Origin: Nitriliruptorales bacterium
GTDB taxonomy: Bacteria; Actinomycetota; Nitriliruptoria; Nitriliruptorales; JAHWKO01
DNA length: 64,000 nt
Assembly (NCBI GenBank): GCA_046263195.1
Contig: JBHELG010000039.1
Span: forward strand, 4,906-68,905
Reading direction: 5' to 3'
Part shown: piece by piece, positions 9,687 through 18,210 of the stretch
How the letters are laid out: each line of letters begins with the position of its first letter
How positions within the stretch are numbered: the stretch's first letter is position 1
Notes under the pieces: model-generated
Told to the model about the DNA's origin: nothing
Databases searched by the model: none
What the model saw: only the letters and a program-made list of their open reading frames with translations
Program-made: the position numbers and the translations under genes

Positions 9687-9721
9687 GACAATCCTTCCCA
9701 AGATCCATTCGACGGTTGGAT

Positions 9722-9743
9722 AAACATACAGCATCATGCATCG
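9722..9743. promoter_or_regulatory. candidate ArgR operator (ARG box-like, ATGCAT core) upstream of argC
   Basis: AT-richer patch AAACATACAGCATCATGCATCG lies 36-57 nt upstream of the argC start. The ATGCAT half-site resembles actinobacterial ARG boxes as I recall them. Confidence 0.3.
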
Positions 9744-9858
9744 TTCGGCGAGGGCGCAGAGGACGGATCGTCCAGGCGAGAGGCGCCGCGGACAGGACGT
9801 GCTCCTTGTGCACGGGGCCGCGCCGGAGCACGCCCCTCAGCCGGGTGATACTGAGTCC

Positions 9859-11724
9859 ATGAGCATCTACGGCGCATGGCGGGCGTTGGGTTCGCCCCCA
9901 ACCGACCAGGACGCACGCCTGTCACGCGAGCTGGCCGGGAGGGTATGGCAGTTCGCCCGCCCCTACCGGCTGCACATCGCCGGCCTGCTGGCCGCGATCG
10001 TCGTGGCCTCCCTGCTCTCCGCGGTCACGCCCCTGTTGTACCGGGCCGTCATCGACGACGCGATCATCGGACGACAGCTCCGACTGCTGCACCTGCTGGC
10101 CGCCGCCATCCTCACCGTGGCTGCTGGCGGTGCCCTGGCGCAGGTGGCTGCCCGCCTGTTCTCGTCACGCATCGGAGAACGGGTCGTGTTCGACCTGCGG
10201 GTGGCGCTCTTCGATCACGTCCAGCAGCAGCCCGTCGCCTTCTTCGCCCGCACGCAGACCGGTGCCCTCACCAGCCGCCTCACGACCGACCTCGTGGGGG
10301 GCCACAGGGTTTTCACGGAGACCTTGAGCGCGGTGGCCCAGACGGTCCTGGGCGTCGTCGTGACGCTGGCGGCGATGCTGCTGCTCGACTGGCGCCTGAC
10401 CTTGCTGGCGCTCGCCATCGCACCGCTGTTCGTAGCGGTCGCGCGCCGCATGCGAGGGCGGCTGCATCGGCTGATGGGCGCGCAGCTGGCGGCCAGCGCG
10501 GACCTAACGAGCCAGATGACCGAGCGCTTCCAGGTGGGCGGGGCACTGCTGGTGAAGCTGTTCGGGCGCCCCGACCTCGAGCTGCAGCGGTTCGAACGCA
10601 GCGCCGGACGGCTCCGCGACATCGGTGTGGAGACCGCGGTACTGAGCCGCGTCTTCCACGTCGCCTTCGCGCTCGTGTCGGGCGTGGGAATTGGACTCGT
10701 CTACTGGGTCGGTGGTCTGCTGGTGATCTCGGGCAGCGTCTCGCTCGGCACGATCGTGGCCTTCACCGCCTACCTCACCCAGCTGTACACGCCGCTGACG
10801 ATGCTCGCAAATGCGCGGGTTGACCTGGCTGCCGCACTCGTTTCGTTCCAGAGGGTGTTCGAGGTCCTCGACTTTCCACCGACCATCGTCGAGGCCGACG
10901 GCGCCATCGAACTCCGTCGGCCCAAAGGCAGCGTCGAGTTCGAGCATGTCTGGTTCCGCCACCCCTCCCCCTCGGAGACGACCATCGTCTCCCTCGAGGG
11001 CGAGGCCGTCGACAGCGGCTATGACGAGGATGCCTGGGTGCTGTGCGACGTCTCGTTCCGGGTCGAGCCGGGACGGACGGTGGCCCTGGTTGGCCCGTCA
11101 GGGGCCGGCAAGACCACCATCACCATGCTCGTCCCACGCATGTACGACGTCACCCGTGGGGCGGTTCGTGTGGACGGCCATGACGTCCGGGATCTCACGC
11201 TGTCCAGCCTCTCCCGTGCCGTTGGCGTCGTCTCGCAGGACACCCACCTGTTCCACGACAGCGTGCGGCACAACCTGCTGTACGCCAAACCGGACGCCAC
11301 CGAGAGCGAGCTCATCGAGGCAGCTCGAGCAGCGCGCATCCACGAGCTCATCGCCTCCCTGCCCGACGGCTACGACACGCTGGTCGGGGAACGTGGCTAC
11401 CGCTTCTCCGGCGGCGAGAAACAGCGGCTGGCCATCGCCCGGTTGCTGCTGCGGGATCCGGCGATCGTGCTACTCGACGAGGCCACGGCGCACCTCGACT
11501 CGGAATCGGAGGTACTGATCCGACGTGCCCTCGGGGAGGCATTGGCGGGCCGCTCGAGCCTCGTCATCGCCCACCGCCTGTCCACGATCGTCGACGCCGA
11601 TCTGATCCTCGTGCTCGACCGCGGCCGCATCGTCGAGCGCGGGACCCACGAGGAACTTCTCGCTGCGGGCGGTTTGTATCGCCAGCTCCATCGCATGCAG
11701 TTCGACCGCTCGGCGGTGGGTTGA
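9859..11724 (+). CDS. ABC transporter, fused permease/ATPase (MsbA/MdlB-type exporter)
   Basis: Start trimmed to ATG at 9859. N-terminal six-TM-type region. Walker A GPSGAGKTT, signature FSGGEKQR, Walker B IVLLDEATA. Confidence 0.85.
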   Translation: MSIYGAWRALGSPPTDQDARLSRELAGRVWQFARPYRLHIAGLLAAIVVASLLSAVTPLLYRAVIDDAIIGRQLRLLHLLAAAILTVAAGGALAQVAARLFSSRIGERVVFDLRVALFDHVQQQPVAFFARTQTGALTSRLTTDLVGGHRVFTETLSAVAQTVLGVVVTLAAMLLLDWRLTLLALAIAPLFVAVARRMRGRLHRLMGAQLAASADLTSQMTERFQVGGALLVKLFGRPDLELQRFERSAGRLRDIGVETAVLSRVFHVAFALVSGVGIGLVYWVGGLLVISGSVSLGTIVAFTAYLTQLYTPLTMLANARVDLAAALVSFQRVFEVLDFPPTIVEADGAIELRRPKGSVEFEHVWFRHPSPSETTIVSLEGEAVDSGYDEDAWVLCDVSFRVEPGRTVALVGPSGAGKTTITMLVPRMYDVTRGAVRVDGHDVRDLTLSSLSRAVGVVSQDTHLFHDSVRHNLLYAKPDATESELIEAARAARIHELIASLPDGYDTLVGERGYRFSGGEKQRLAIARLLLRDPAIVLLDEATAHLDSESEVLIRRALGEALAGRSSLVIAHRLSTIVDADLILVLDRGRIVERGTHEELLAAGGLYRQLHRMQFDRSAVG

Positions 11725-11785
11725 GCCCGGGAAAGGGGCGATGGGCGAGAACCGCTCGCGTTTGGGGCTTTCGGGCCTGACCTGG

Positions 11786-11813
11786 CCAGGGCCCCCGAGA
11801 ATCGGGGCCCTGG
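11786..11813. terminator. GC-rich hairpin between convergent genes (possible bidirectional terminator)
   Basis: CCAGGGCCCC-cgagaatc-GGGGCCCTGG forms a 10-bp perfect stem. It lies between the 3' ends of the ABC exporter and the HYR protein gene. There is no clear U-tract. Confidence 0.4.
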
Positions 11814-11867
11814 CGGGTTGGGCCATACCTTGGACGAGCTGAGCGTCGGGGGAGCTTTCTCGTCCAC

Positions 11868-14800
11868 CTACTTGAGCTGGAAGGCAACCGGGTAAGGGTT
11901 GCCATCGCTGAGCGTGATCGTCACTCGGTAGCACTTGCCAGCCTGCTTCGGGCTCTGCCAGTTGTAGACGAACTGGTTCGCCGAGCTGTCGTAGCGCAGG
12001 CTGGTCCCACCCGTCGCATATTCGTCGAGGGGGTCGGAAGCACCACCCGTGCAGCTCACGACGGCCGAGAGGGTCGTCTTGACGATGGCAAGGTCAGAGA
12101 TGTAACCGTCCTTCTGGTTGGAGACCTGCCACTTCATGGGGGCGGTGGATCCGGCCTTCATGCCGTTGAGCGAGCTGCGGTCGACCGGTGCGGAGAAGCC
12201 GATGAAGTCGAAGCTGACCCTCACCTTGAAGCTCCTGCCGGCCCCGGTGTTGCCCGCCTTGTCCGTGGCCGAGCAGCTGACGATCGTTTCGCCGGGGGCG
12301 AAGGTCGTGCCCGACGCCGGAGAGCAGGTCGGAATGATGTCGCCGTCGACGAGGTCGCTCGCCGTCGCCGAATAGAACACCGTGGCGCCGCTGGCAGAGG
12401 TCGCCATGGCCGCGAGCGACCCGGGAACGTTGACAGCCGGAGCGGTCGTGTCTACCACCGTGACCTTGAAGCTCTTCGACGCTTCGTTGCCCTTGCTGTC
12501 CGACGCCCGGCAGGTCACCTCGGTCGTACCCAGAGGGAAGGTGGATCCCGAACCGGGGAGGCAGGCGGGGATGACGTCGCCGTCGACGAGGTCGTTCGCT
12601 GACGCCGAGTAGTTCACTCTTGCGCCGTCCGCCGAGGTCGCTTCGATCTTCTGGTCGGCCGGGACCACGATGGCAGGCGCCGTCGTGTCGATGACCGTGA
12701 TCGTGAAGCTACTGGCAGCCTCGTTGCCCGCCCGGTCGACGGCGGAGCACGTCACCGCGCTGTCGCCGATGTGGAACGTGTTCCCAGAGGCAGGGGTGCA
12801 GCTGACCTCGATGGCACCCTCGACGAGGTCCACCGCTGAAGCGGAGTAGCTCGCGGCAGCCCCGTCGGGCCCGGCCGCCTCGACCGCGAAGTCAGCGGGA
12901 ACGGTGACCTCGGGGGCCGTCGTGTCGACGACCTTGATCACGAAAGCGCTGTAGCCGGTGTTGCCTGCGGCGTCCCTTGCCGAGCAGGTGACCATGTTGT
13001 CGCCGAGGACGAAGGTGTCGCCGGAGCTGCGGTCGCAGGAGACCGTCACGGCCCCGTCGACCACGTCCGTGGCGGACGTGCCCGTCCACGTGGCCTTGGC
13101 TCCGTCGGGCCCCGTCGCTTCGAGAATCTGGTCGGCGGGCACGATCACGTGGGGGGCGGTCTCGTCCTGGACGCTGATGGTGAAGGCGTTCGTACCTTCG
13201 TTGCCCGCAGCATCCTGGGATGAGCACGTCACCTTCGTCGTCCCGAGGGGAAATGTGTCTCCTGCTTTGGCGTCGCAGTTGGCCGGGAGCAGCCCGTCGA
13301 CCACGTCGAGGGCCGAAACCCCGCTCCAGGAGACGTTGGCTCCATCCGCCGAAGTCGCTTCGGCTTCGATGTTGTCCGGCACGCTCACCTCCGGTGGCGT
13401 CGTGTCCACGACCTCGACCGTGAAACTCATCTCAGCGGCGTTGCCCCGCAGATCCCCGGTCGAGCATGTCACGATGTTGTGGCCGAGGGAGAAGGTCGAT
13501 CCTGAGGCAGGAGAGCACACGACCGGGCGGGAGCCGTCGACGATGTCGAGGGCGCTCGGCGGGGTGTAGCTGGCTCGGGCGCCCCCGGGGCCGGTGGCCT
13601 CGATGACCTGGTCACCGGGCAGATCTGTCAACAGGGGAGGCGTCGTGTCGGACACGGTTATCTTGAAGCTGCCCGAGGCGTTGTTGCCCGTGTTGTCGCT
13701 GGCCGAGCAGTTGACCGTGGTCGTTGCGATCTCGAAGGTTCCCCCCGAGGTTGGCGTGCACTCCACCGGGACGTTGCCGTCGACGAGGTCGCTGGCAGAG
13801 GCGGCAAAGGTGATGTCCGCCCCGGCCGTCTTCGTCGCCTCCTCAGTGATGTCCAGAGGCAGCGTGAGGGCGGGCGCCGTCGTGTCCTTGACCGTCACCT
13901 TGAAGCTGTTGTTGGCCCGGTTGCCCTTTGCGTCGATCGCGGAGCAACTCACCGTCGTGTCACCGACTGCGAAGCTGGAACCGGACGGGTAGTCGCAGAC
14001 GACATCACGGTCGCCGCTGACCAGGTCGAAGGCATTCGCGCTGTAGACGACGGCGGTCTCAGGGCCTTCAGCCTCGGTGTCGACGTCAGCGGGCAGGGTG
14101 AGCGTCGGCGGGGTCGTGTCCTGCACGCTCACGTTAAAGCCTCCATCTGCCCTGTTGCCGGCCTTGTCGCTGGCCGAGCAGTTCACCGGCGTGTCACCGA
14201 GGACGAAGGTGGAGCCCGATGACGGGGCGCAGGTGGGGGTGAGGGCGCCGTCGACGGAGTCGTTCGCGCTTGCGGTCCACGTCACCGCGGCACCCTGCGA
14301 CCCCGTCGCTTCGGCGACCCGGTTGGAGGGAAGCGCGAGGATCGGGCTGGTCGTGTCCTGAACCATCACGTTGAACTGGCCAACCGCCCTGTTGCCGGCG
14401 ACATCGGTCGCCGAGCAGTGGACGATGGTCGGTCCCAGCGGGAAGGTCGAGTCCGACGCCGGCGAGCAGTTCCAACTCGGGGCGGAATCGACGGCGTCGC
14501 TTGCGCTCGCCGTGTAGGCGACGGGCGCGCCGGAGGGGCCGGTGGCGTCTGCGGTGATGTCGCCCGGGAGCGTGAGCGTCGGAGCGGTGGAGTCGACGAT
14601 CGAGTAGACGGCCGAGGCGAAACCCTCGAGGCCCCCCGCGTCCTTGTAGGAGCAGGATGCGGTCTGGTTCCCCAGGCCGTAGTTGGAGAGACCACCCGAG
14701 ATTGCGCTGAGGGTCGCGGGGAAGGTCTTGGCGCCGTCCTCCTTGTCGTCGACGTTGCAGAAGGCTACGGGCACCGAGCCCTTCTCGTAGCTCGCGCCGT

Positions 14801-15293
14801 GGACGACGCCCGAGATGGAAAGGGTGGGCGCCGTGTTGCGCCTCACGACCTTGAGGATGAAGGTCGCCTTACTCGTGTCGTACGCGCCGCTGTCATCGTC
14901 GACGCTCACACTGATCGAGTAGTTGCCCGGAGTCGCCGACGACAGGGTGACCGCCTGGGCGACAGTATCCCCGCAGTCCTTGAACTCGAGGCGGTCGGGA
15001 GGTGACTTCGTCACCCCAGCAGGAACGATCACCGTTACTTTTGCAGGCGATTTCCCCGTCGCGTCGCAGCCGTTGAATCCTCCGGCCTTGTCGTTGTCGA
15101 TGTGGTAGCTGATCGTCGTCGACCCCGACCCCGAGGCCGGCAGCGCGATGGTGTCGCTGCCGCCCGCCACGACGTTGGTCCTCACCACGTCCGCGTAGGC
15201 GGGCAGCATCGTGGCCAGCACACCAAGGACGACCAGGGCATTGAGTACCCTGGCGATGGAGCGGCCGGTCTTTCCGGTCTGAATCCGTCGCAT
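11868..15293 (-). CDS. secreted multi-HYR-repeat protein with a C-terminal PxKF-like domain (1141 aa)
   Basis: ORF trimmed to ATG at 15293; the upstream part overlaps the response-regulator gene on the other strand. Signal peptide ends LATMLPAYA/DVV. There are ten repeats of about 80 aa of the type DTTAPxhxhPxDxxxEATxxxGAxVxYxxSAxDxVDGxxxxxCxPxSGSTFPLGxTxVTCSAxDxAGNxxxxSFxVxV. The tail reads GFSAPV...KAGSTAPMKWQV. Confidence 0.85.
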   Translation of the reverse strand: MRRIQTGKTGRSIARVLNALVVLGVLATMLPAYADVVRTNVVAGGSDTIALPASGSGSTTISYHIDNDKAGGFNGCDATGKSPAKVTVIVPAGVTKSPPDRLEFKDCGDTVAQAVTLSSATPGNYSISVSVDDDSGAYDTSKATFILKVVRRNTAPTLSISGVVHGASYEKGSVPVAFCNVDDKEDGAKTFPATLSAISGGLSNYGLGNQTASCSYKDAGGLEGFASAVYSIVDSTAPTLTLPGDITADATGPSGAPVAYTASASDAVDSAPSWNCSPASDSTFPLGPTIVHCSATDVAGNRAVGQFNVMVQDTTSPILALPSNRVAEATGSQGAAVTWTASANDSVDGALTPTCAPSSGSTFVLGDTPVNCSASDKAGNRADGGFNVSVQDTTPPTLTLPADVDTEAEGPETAVVYSANAFDLVSGDRDVVCDYPSGSSFAVGDTTVSCSAIDAKGNRANNSFKVTVKDTTAPALTLPLDITEEATKTAGADITFAASASDLVDGNVPVECTPTSGGTFEIATTTVNCSASDNTGNNASGSFKITVSDTTPPLLTDLPGDQVIEATGPGGARASYTPPSALDIVDGSRPVVCSPASGSTFSLGHNIVTCSTGDLRGNAAEMSFTVEVVDTTPPEVSVPDNIEAEATSADGANVSWSGVSALDVVDGLLPANCDAKAGDTFPLGTTKVTCSSQDAAGNEGTNAFTISVQDETAPHVIVPADQILEATGPDGAKATWTGTSATDVVDGAVTVSCDRSSGDTFVLGDNMVTCSARDAAGNTGYSAFVIKVVDTTAPEVTVPADFAVEAAGPDGAAASYSASAVDLVEGAIEVSCTPASGNTFHIGDSAVTCSAVDRAGNEAASSFTITVIDTTAPAIVVPADQKIEATSADGARVNYSASANDLVDGDVIPACLPGSGSTFPLGTTEVTCRASDSKGNEASKSFKVTVVDTTAPAVNVPGSLAAMATSASGATVFYSATASDLVDGDIIPTCSPASGTTFAPGETIVSCSATDKAGNTGAGRSFKVRVSFDFIGFSAPVDRSSLNGMKAGSTAPMKWQVSNQKDGYISDLAIVKTTLSAVVSCTGGASDPLDEYATGGTSLRYDSSANQFVYNWQSPKQAGKCYRVTITLSDGNPYPVAFQLK
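12213..14594 (-). repeat. array of 10 diverged HYR-domain coding repeats (about 240 nt period)
   Basis: Periodicity was read from the protein sequence. The DNA copies are diverged, so this is not a recent tandem amplification. Confidence 0.8.
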
Positions 15294-15435
15294 GAAATGC
15301 TTCCCAATCCTCGCGCGGACTCTCGGCCCGCTGGTCTTCTTTTGCGCCGGTTCCGCGGTTCTCCCCAGCACCGGCCCCGCTCTGGTCCCGTCGGACCAGC
15401 TGGTTCTCGCGCTGATACTGAAATCGGCCGGCCAG

Positions 15436-15462
15436 CTGAGAGAACCCTGAGTAGATGCTGAG
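15436..15462. promoter_or_regulatory. three CTGAG(A) direct repeats at exact 11-bp spacing in the divergent HYR / response-regulator intergenic region
   Basis: CTGAG occurs at 15436, 15447 and 15458 (gCTGAGagaac cCTGAGtagat gCTGAGaagac). A further CTGAGA lies at 15510. Confidence 0.35.
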
Positions 15463-15638
15463 AAGACCCTTAGTGTGGCCGAGAGGATCTGGGTAAGTGG
15501 TCGAGGACGCTGAGATACCCGAGCGTGGGACACGGGCCGGGCCGGGGGGAGCCGGTGAGGCAAGGACAGGTGTCCCGGAAAGGGACCTGAGGCTCCTTCA
15601 GGCGCCCAAATCGCCCGCTGCGCCGTTATCCTCTCCCC

Positions 15639-16313
15639 ATGATCACCTCCGCTCCACGGGTACTCGTCGTCGAGGACGACGCGGCCGTGCGCGACACGGT
15701 GACGCTCGCGCTCGAGCAGCAGGGCTTCGAGGTCCGCGCCGTGTCTGACGGGCTCGCGGTCGAGCAGGCGGTTCGCGATTTCCGCCCCGACCTCGCGGTC
15801 CTCGATGTGCGGCTGCCGGTCGGACCGAGCGGCCTCGGTGTCGCCCGGAACCTGCGGACGCTGACCGACGCCCCGATCATCTTCCTCACCGCTGCTGACG
15901 CGGTCGAAGACCGCCTGGCAGGATTCAGAGCCGGCGGTGACGACTACCTGGCGAAGCCCTTCGCCGTCGAGGAGTTGCTCGCGCGGATACGGGCTCTGCT
16001 GCGCCGCTCCGGGCGCATGGCGGCCCGATGGCAGGTCGGCGACGTCGTCGTCGACGAGGATGCCCGCACCGTGACCCGCGCAGGACAGCGCATCGACCTC
16101 ACCCGCACCGAGTTCGATCTGCTCGTCGCGCTCGGGTCGAAACCGGGGCGGGTACTGTCCAAGAGCCAGTTGCTCACAGGGGTGTGGGGTTTCGAGGAGT
16201 ACGACCCCAACCTCGTCGAGGTATACGTGAGCACCCTGCGGCGCAAGCTCGAGCAACATGGGACGCGTCTCATCAACACCGTCCGCGGGGTCGGCTACGT
16301 CCTCGAGCCATGA
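15639..16313 (+). CDS. OmpR/PhoB-family response regulator
   Basis: Receiver domain (VLVVEDD, DLAVLDVRLP) plus winged-helix C-terminus (VYVSTLRRKL, VRGVGYVL). TATCCT lies 6 nt upstream of the ATG with no SD, so the transcript may be leaderless. Confidence 0.9.
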   Translation: MITSAPRVLVVEDDAAVRDTVTLALEQQGFEVRAVSDGLAVEQAVRDFRPDLAVLDVRLPVGPSGLGVARNLRTLTDAPIIFLTAADAVEDRLAGFRAGGDDYLAKPFAVEELLARIRALLRRSGRMAARWQVGDVVVDEDARTVTRAGQRIDLTRTEFDLLVALGSKPGRVLSKSQLLTGVWGFEEYDPNLVEVYVSTLRRKLEQHGTRLINTVRGVGYVLEP

Positions 16314-17707
16314 GGATGCGTACCCCGCCGTTGCGGCGACGCGTCACGCTGTCCGCGTTGGCGGTCGTCGCCGTTCTGCTGCTCACGTTCGACGCGTTCG
16401 TCTACCTCAGCCTGCGCCACAGTCTCGAGCAGTCGCTGAGCGACCTGCTGGCGACCCGCGCACAGCTGGCACGCGAACTCGGTGCGACGGTTCCACGGGT
16501 AGTCCTCGCACCCCGGCTCGGGGCTCTTGCCGTGCCCGCGACCGTGCTTACCCCTGATGGGCAGCGGTTCGAGGCCGAACCGGCCACCCCCCGCCTGGGA
16601 CCCGACCAGCCCCCCACACCGTTGGCTCACCCGCGGATATCGACTCTCGTGACCCTCGACGACGGCACACAGATAGAGGTCTTCGCCACCCGGGCCGGCG
16701 TCGAGACGACCCTCCGCCGTCTGCTGGTGACGGTCCTGAGCGGCACAGCCGCCGCCCTCGCGCTCGCCTACCTGCTGCTCCGCGCCGTCACCTCCCGGGC
16801 TCTCGCACCTCTCGCCCAGGTAGCCGCAACCGCGCAACGTACGAGCGCGGAGCGGACCGGAGAGCGGCTCAGGCCCGAGCGGAGCGACACCGACCTCGGC
16901 CGCATGGCGGTCGCCTTCGACGAGATGCTCGACCGGCTGGAGGACGCGCTCGAACGCTCACAGCAGGCCGAAGAACGCAGCCGGCGGTTCCTCGCCGACG
17001 CTGCCCACCAGTTGCGCACGCCGCTAGCCGGGATCCGCGGGTCCGTCGAGCTTCTCCTCGGCGAGACAGACCCCGAGAGCCGTGACCGGCTGCTGGCCCA
17101 CGCCGTACGCGAGACGGCTCGCATCAGCCGGCTCATCACGAACCTGCTGCACATGGCCCACCTCGACCAGGGCCGGCCGATGCTGCGCGCCGCGACCGAC
17201 CTCTCGGCTTTGTGCCGGCACGAGGTCGAGCGGGCTGCGGCGCTCGCGCCCCATCTCGAGGTCGATCTGAAGCTCGACGACCCGCCACCCCCCGCGGTTG
17301 AGCTCGACGCCGACGAAGTGAGCGAGGCGATTGCGAACCTCCTCGACAACGCCCGCCGCTATGCGACTACCCGCGTCATCCTCGGCGTCGAGCGACACGA
17401 CACCGTTGTCGTCGTCCGCGTCTGGGATGACGGACCCGGAGTGACCGCCGGCGAGGAGGAGCGCGTATTCGCACGCTTCGCCAGCCTCGATCCCTACGGC
17501 GGGGCGGGGCTGGGTCTGCCGATCGCCCGGGAGGTGGCGCGGGCTCACGGTGGGGACCTCACCTACGAGGACGGGGCGTTCGTTCTCAGGCTGCCGATGA
17601 CTCCGCAGCCGCAGCCAAGAGCGGGTGTGGAGACGCCAGGCAAGGCTTGGGACGACCAGGTGGCGCCGTCAGGCCGGCGACAGCCTGCAGCGCGCGATCG
17701 CCTCTAG
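16310..17707 (+). CDS. sensor histidine kinase
   Basis: Start set at ATG 16310, which forms an ATGA overlap with the regulator stop. One TM segment is read at the N-terminus and a second hydrophobic stretch (LLVTVLSGTAAALALAYLLL) before the H-box. H-box AAHQLRTPL, N-box NLLDNARRY, G-boxes DDGPGV and GGAGLGLPIA. Confidence 0.88.
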   Translation: MRMRTPPLRRRVTLSALAVVAVLLLTFDAFVYLSLRHSLEQSLSDLLATRAQLARELGATVPRVVLAPRLGALAVPATVLTPDGQRFEAEPATPRLGPDQPPTPLAHPRISTLVTLDDGTQIEVFATRAGVETTLRRLLVTVLSGTAAALALAYLLLRAVTSRALAPLAQVAATAQRTSAERTGERLRPERSDTDLGRMAVAFDEMLDRLEDALERSQQAEERSRRFLADAAHQLRTPLAGIRGSVELLLGETDPESRDRLLAHAVRETARISRLITNLLHMAHLDQGRPMLRAATDLSALCRHEVERAAALAPHLEVDLKLDDPPPPAVELDADEVSEAIANLLDNARRYATTRVILGVERHDTVVVVRVWDDGPGVTAGEEERVFARFASLDPYGGAGLGLPIAREVARAHGGDLTYEDGAFVLRLPMTPQPQPRAGVETPGKAWDDQVAPSGRRQPAARDRL

Positions 17708-18079
17708 CTCGACCGCGAGGCCCAACATGTCGCTCTCGACAACGACGGCATGCGCGCCGGCGTCGAGGGCGGCGGCGATGAGCGTGTCCAAGGGTGACAT
17801 CCCGATGACGAGACAGCCTGGTGCCTCGGCCTGGAGGGTCGCGATGAGGCGCAGCCCGAGGGTGCCGAGAAGCGCCAGGTGGATGACGGCGACATGAGGG
17901 CGGACTTCACCGGCCAGCCGGACGGCCTCGGAACCCCGGTCCGTCTCGGCGACGACTTCAAATCCGGCGCGTTCGAGGGTGGTGGCGACGACGCGGCGCA
18001 TCCCCGCGTCGTCTTGGCACACAAGCGCGCGGAGCGTTGGGGCCAGTCGGCCGACCTCGAGCCCGGTTTGCGACATCAC
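17669..18079 (-). CDS. stand-alone receiver-like (pseudo-receiver) protein
   Basis: 136 aa with a CheY-like layout (ALVCQDDAG..., VIGMSPLD). The phospho-acceptor position reads VAVIHLAL (His, not Asp), and the conserved Lys position reads VVVESD. The 3' end overlaps the kinase 3' end by 39 nt in convergent orientation. Confidence 0.6.
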   Translation of the reverse strand: MMSQTGLEVGRLAPTLRALVCQDDAGMRRVVATTLERAGFEVVAETDRGSEAVRLAGEVRPHVAVIHLALLGTLGLRLIATLQAEAPGCLVIGMSPLDTLIAAALDAGAHAVVVESDMLGLAVELEAIARCRLSPA

Positions 18080-18112
18080 TTCCCTTCTTCAAGCTGAGGA
18101 TGACAGGCGAAC

Positions 18113-18151
18113 CTGAGAGGGGCCTGAATTCACGGCTGAGAATCCGCTGAG
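18113..18151. promoter_or_regulatory. four CTGAG/CTGAA direct repeats at 11-12 bp spacing upstream of the pseudo-receiver gene
   Basis: CTGAG at 18113, CTGAA at 18124, CTGAG at 18136 and 18147. One more CTGAG lies at 18094. Confidence 0.3.
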
Positions 18152-18210
18152 CTTGGCGCCACGGGCGTCACGGCGGGGCGGCAGGTGCGGTTCACGGGGC
18201 CGCGCCAGAC

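Noticed and set aside
12213-14594. DNA-level tandem repeat or mobile element in the HYR gene
   Set aside because: The periodicity is at the protein-domain level only. Nucleotide copies are strongly diverged and no transposase or terminal repeats are present.
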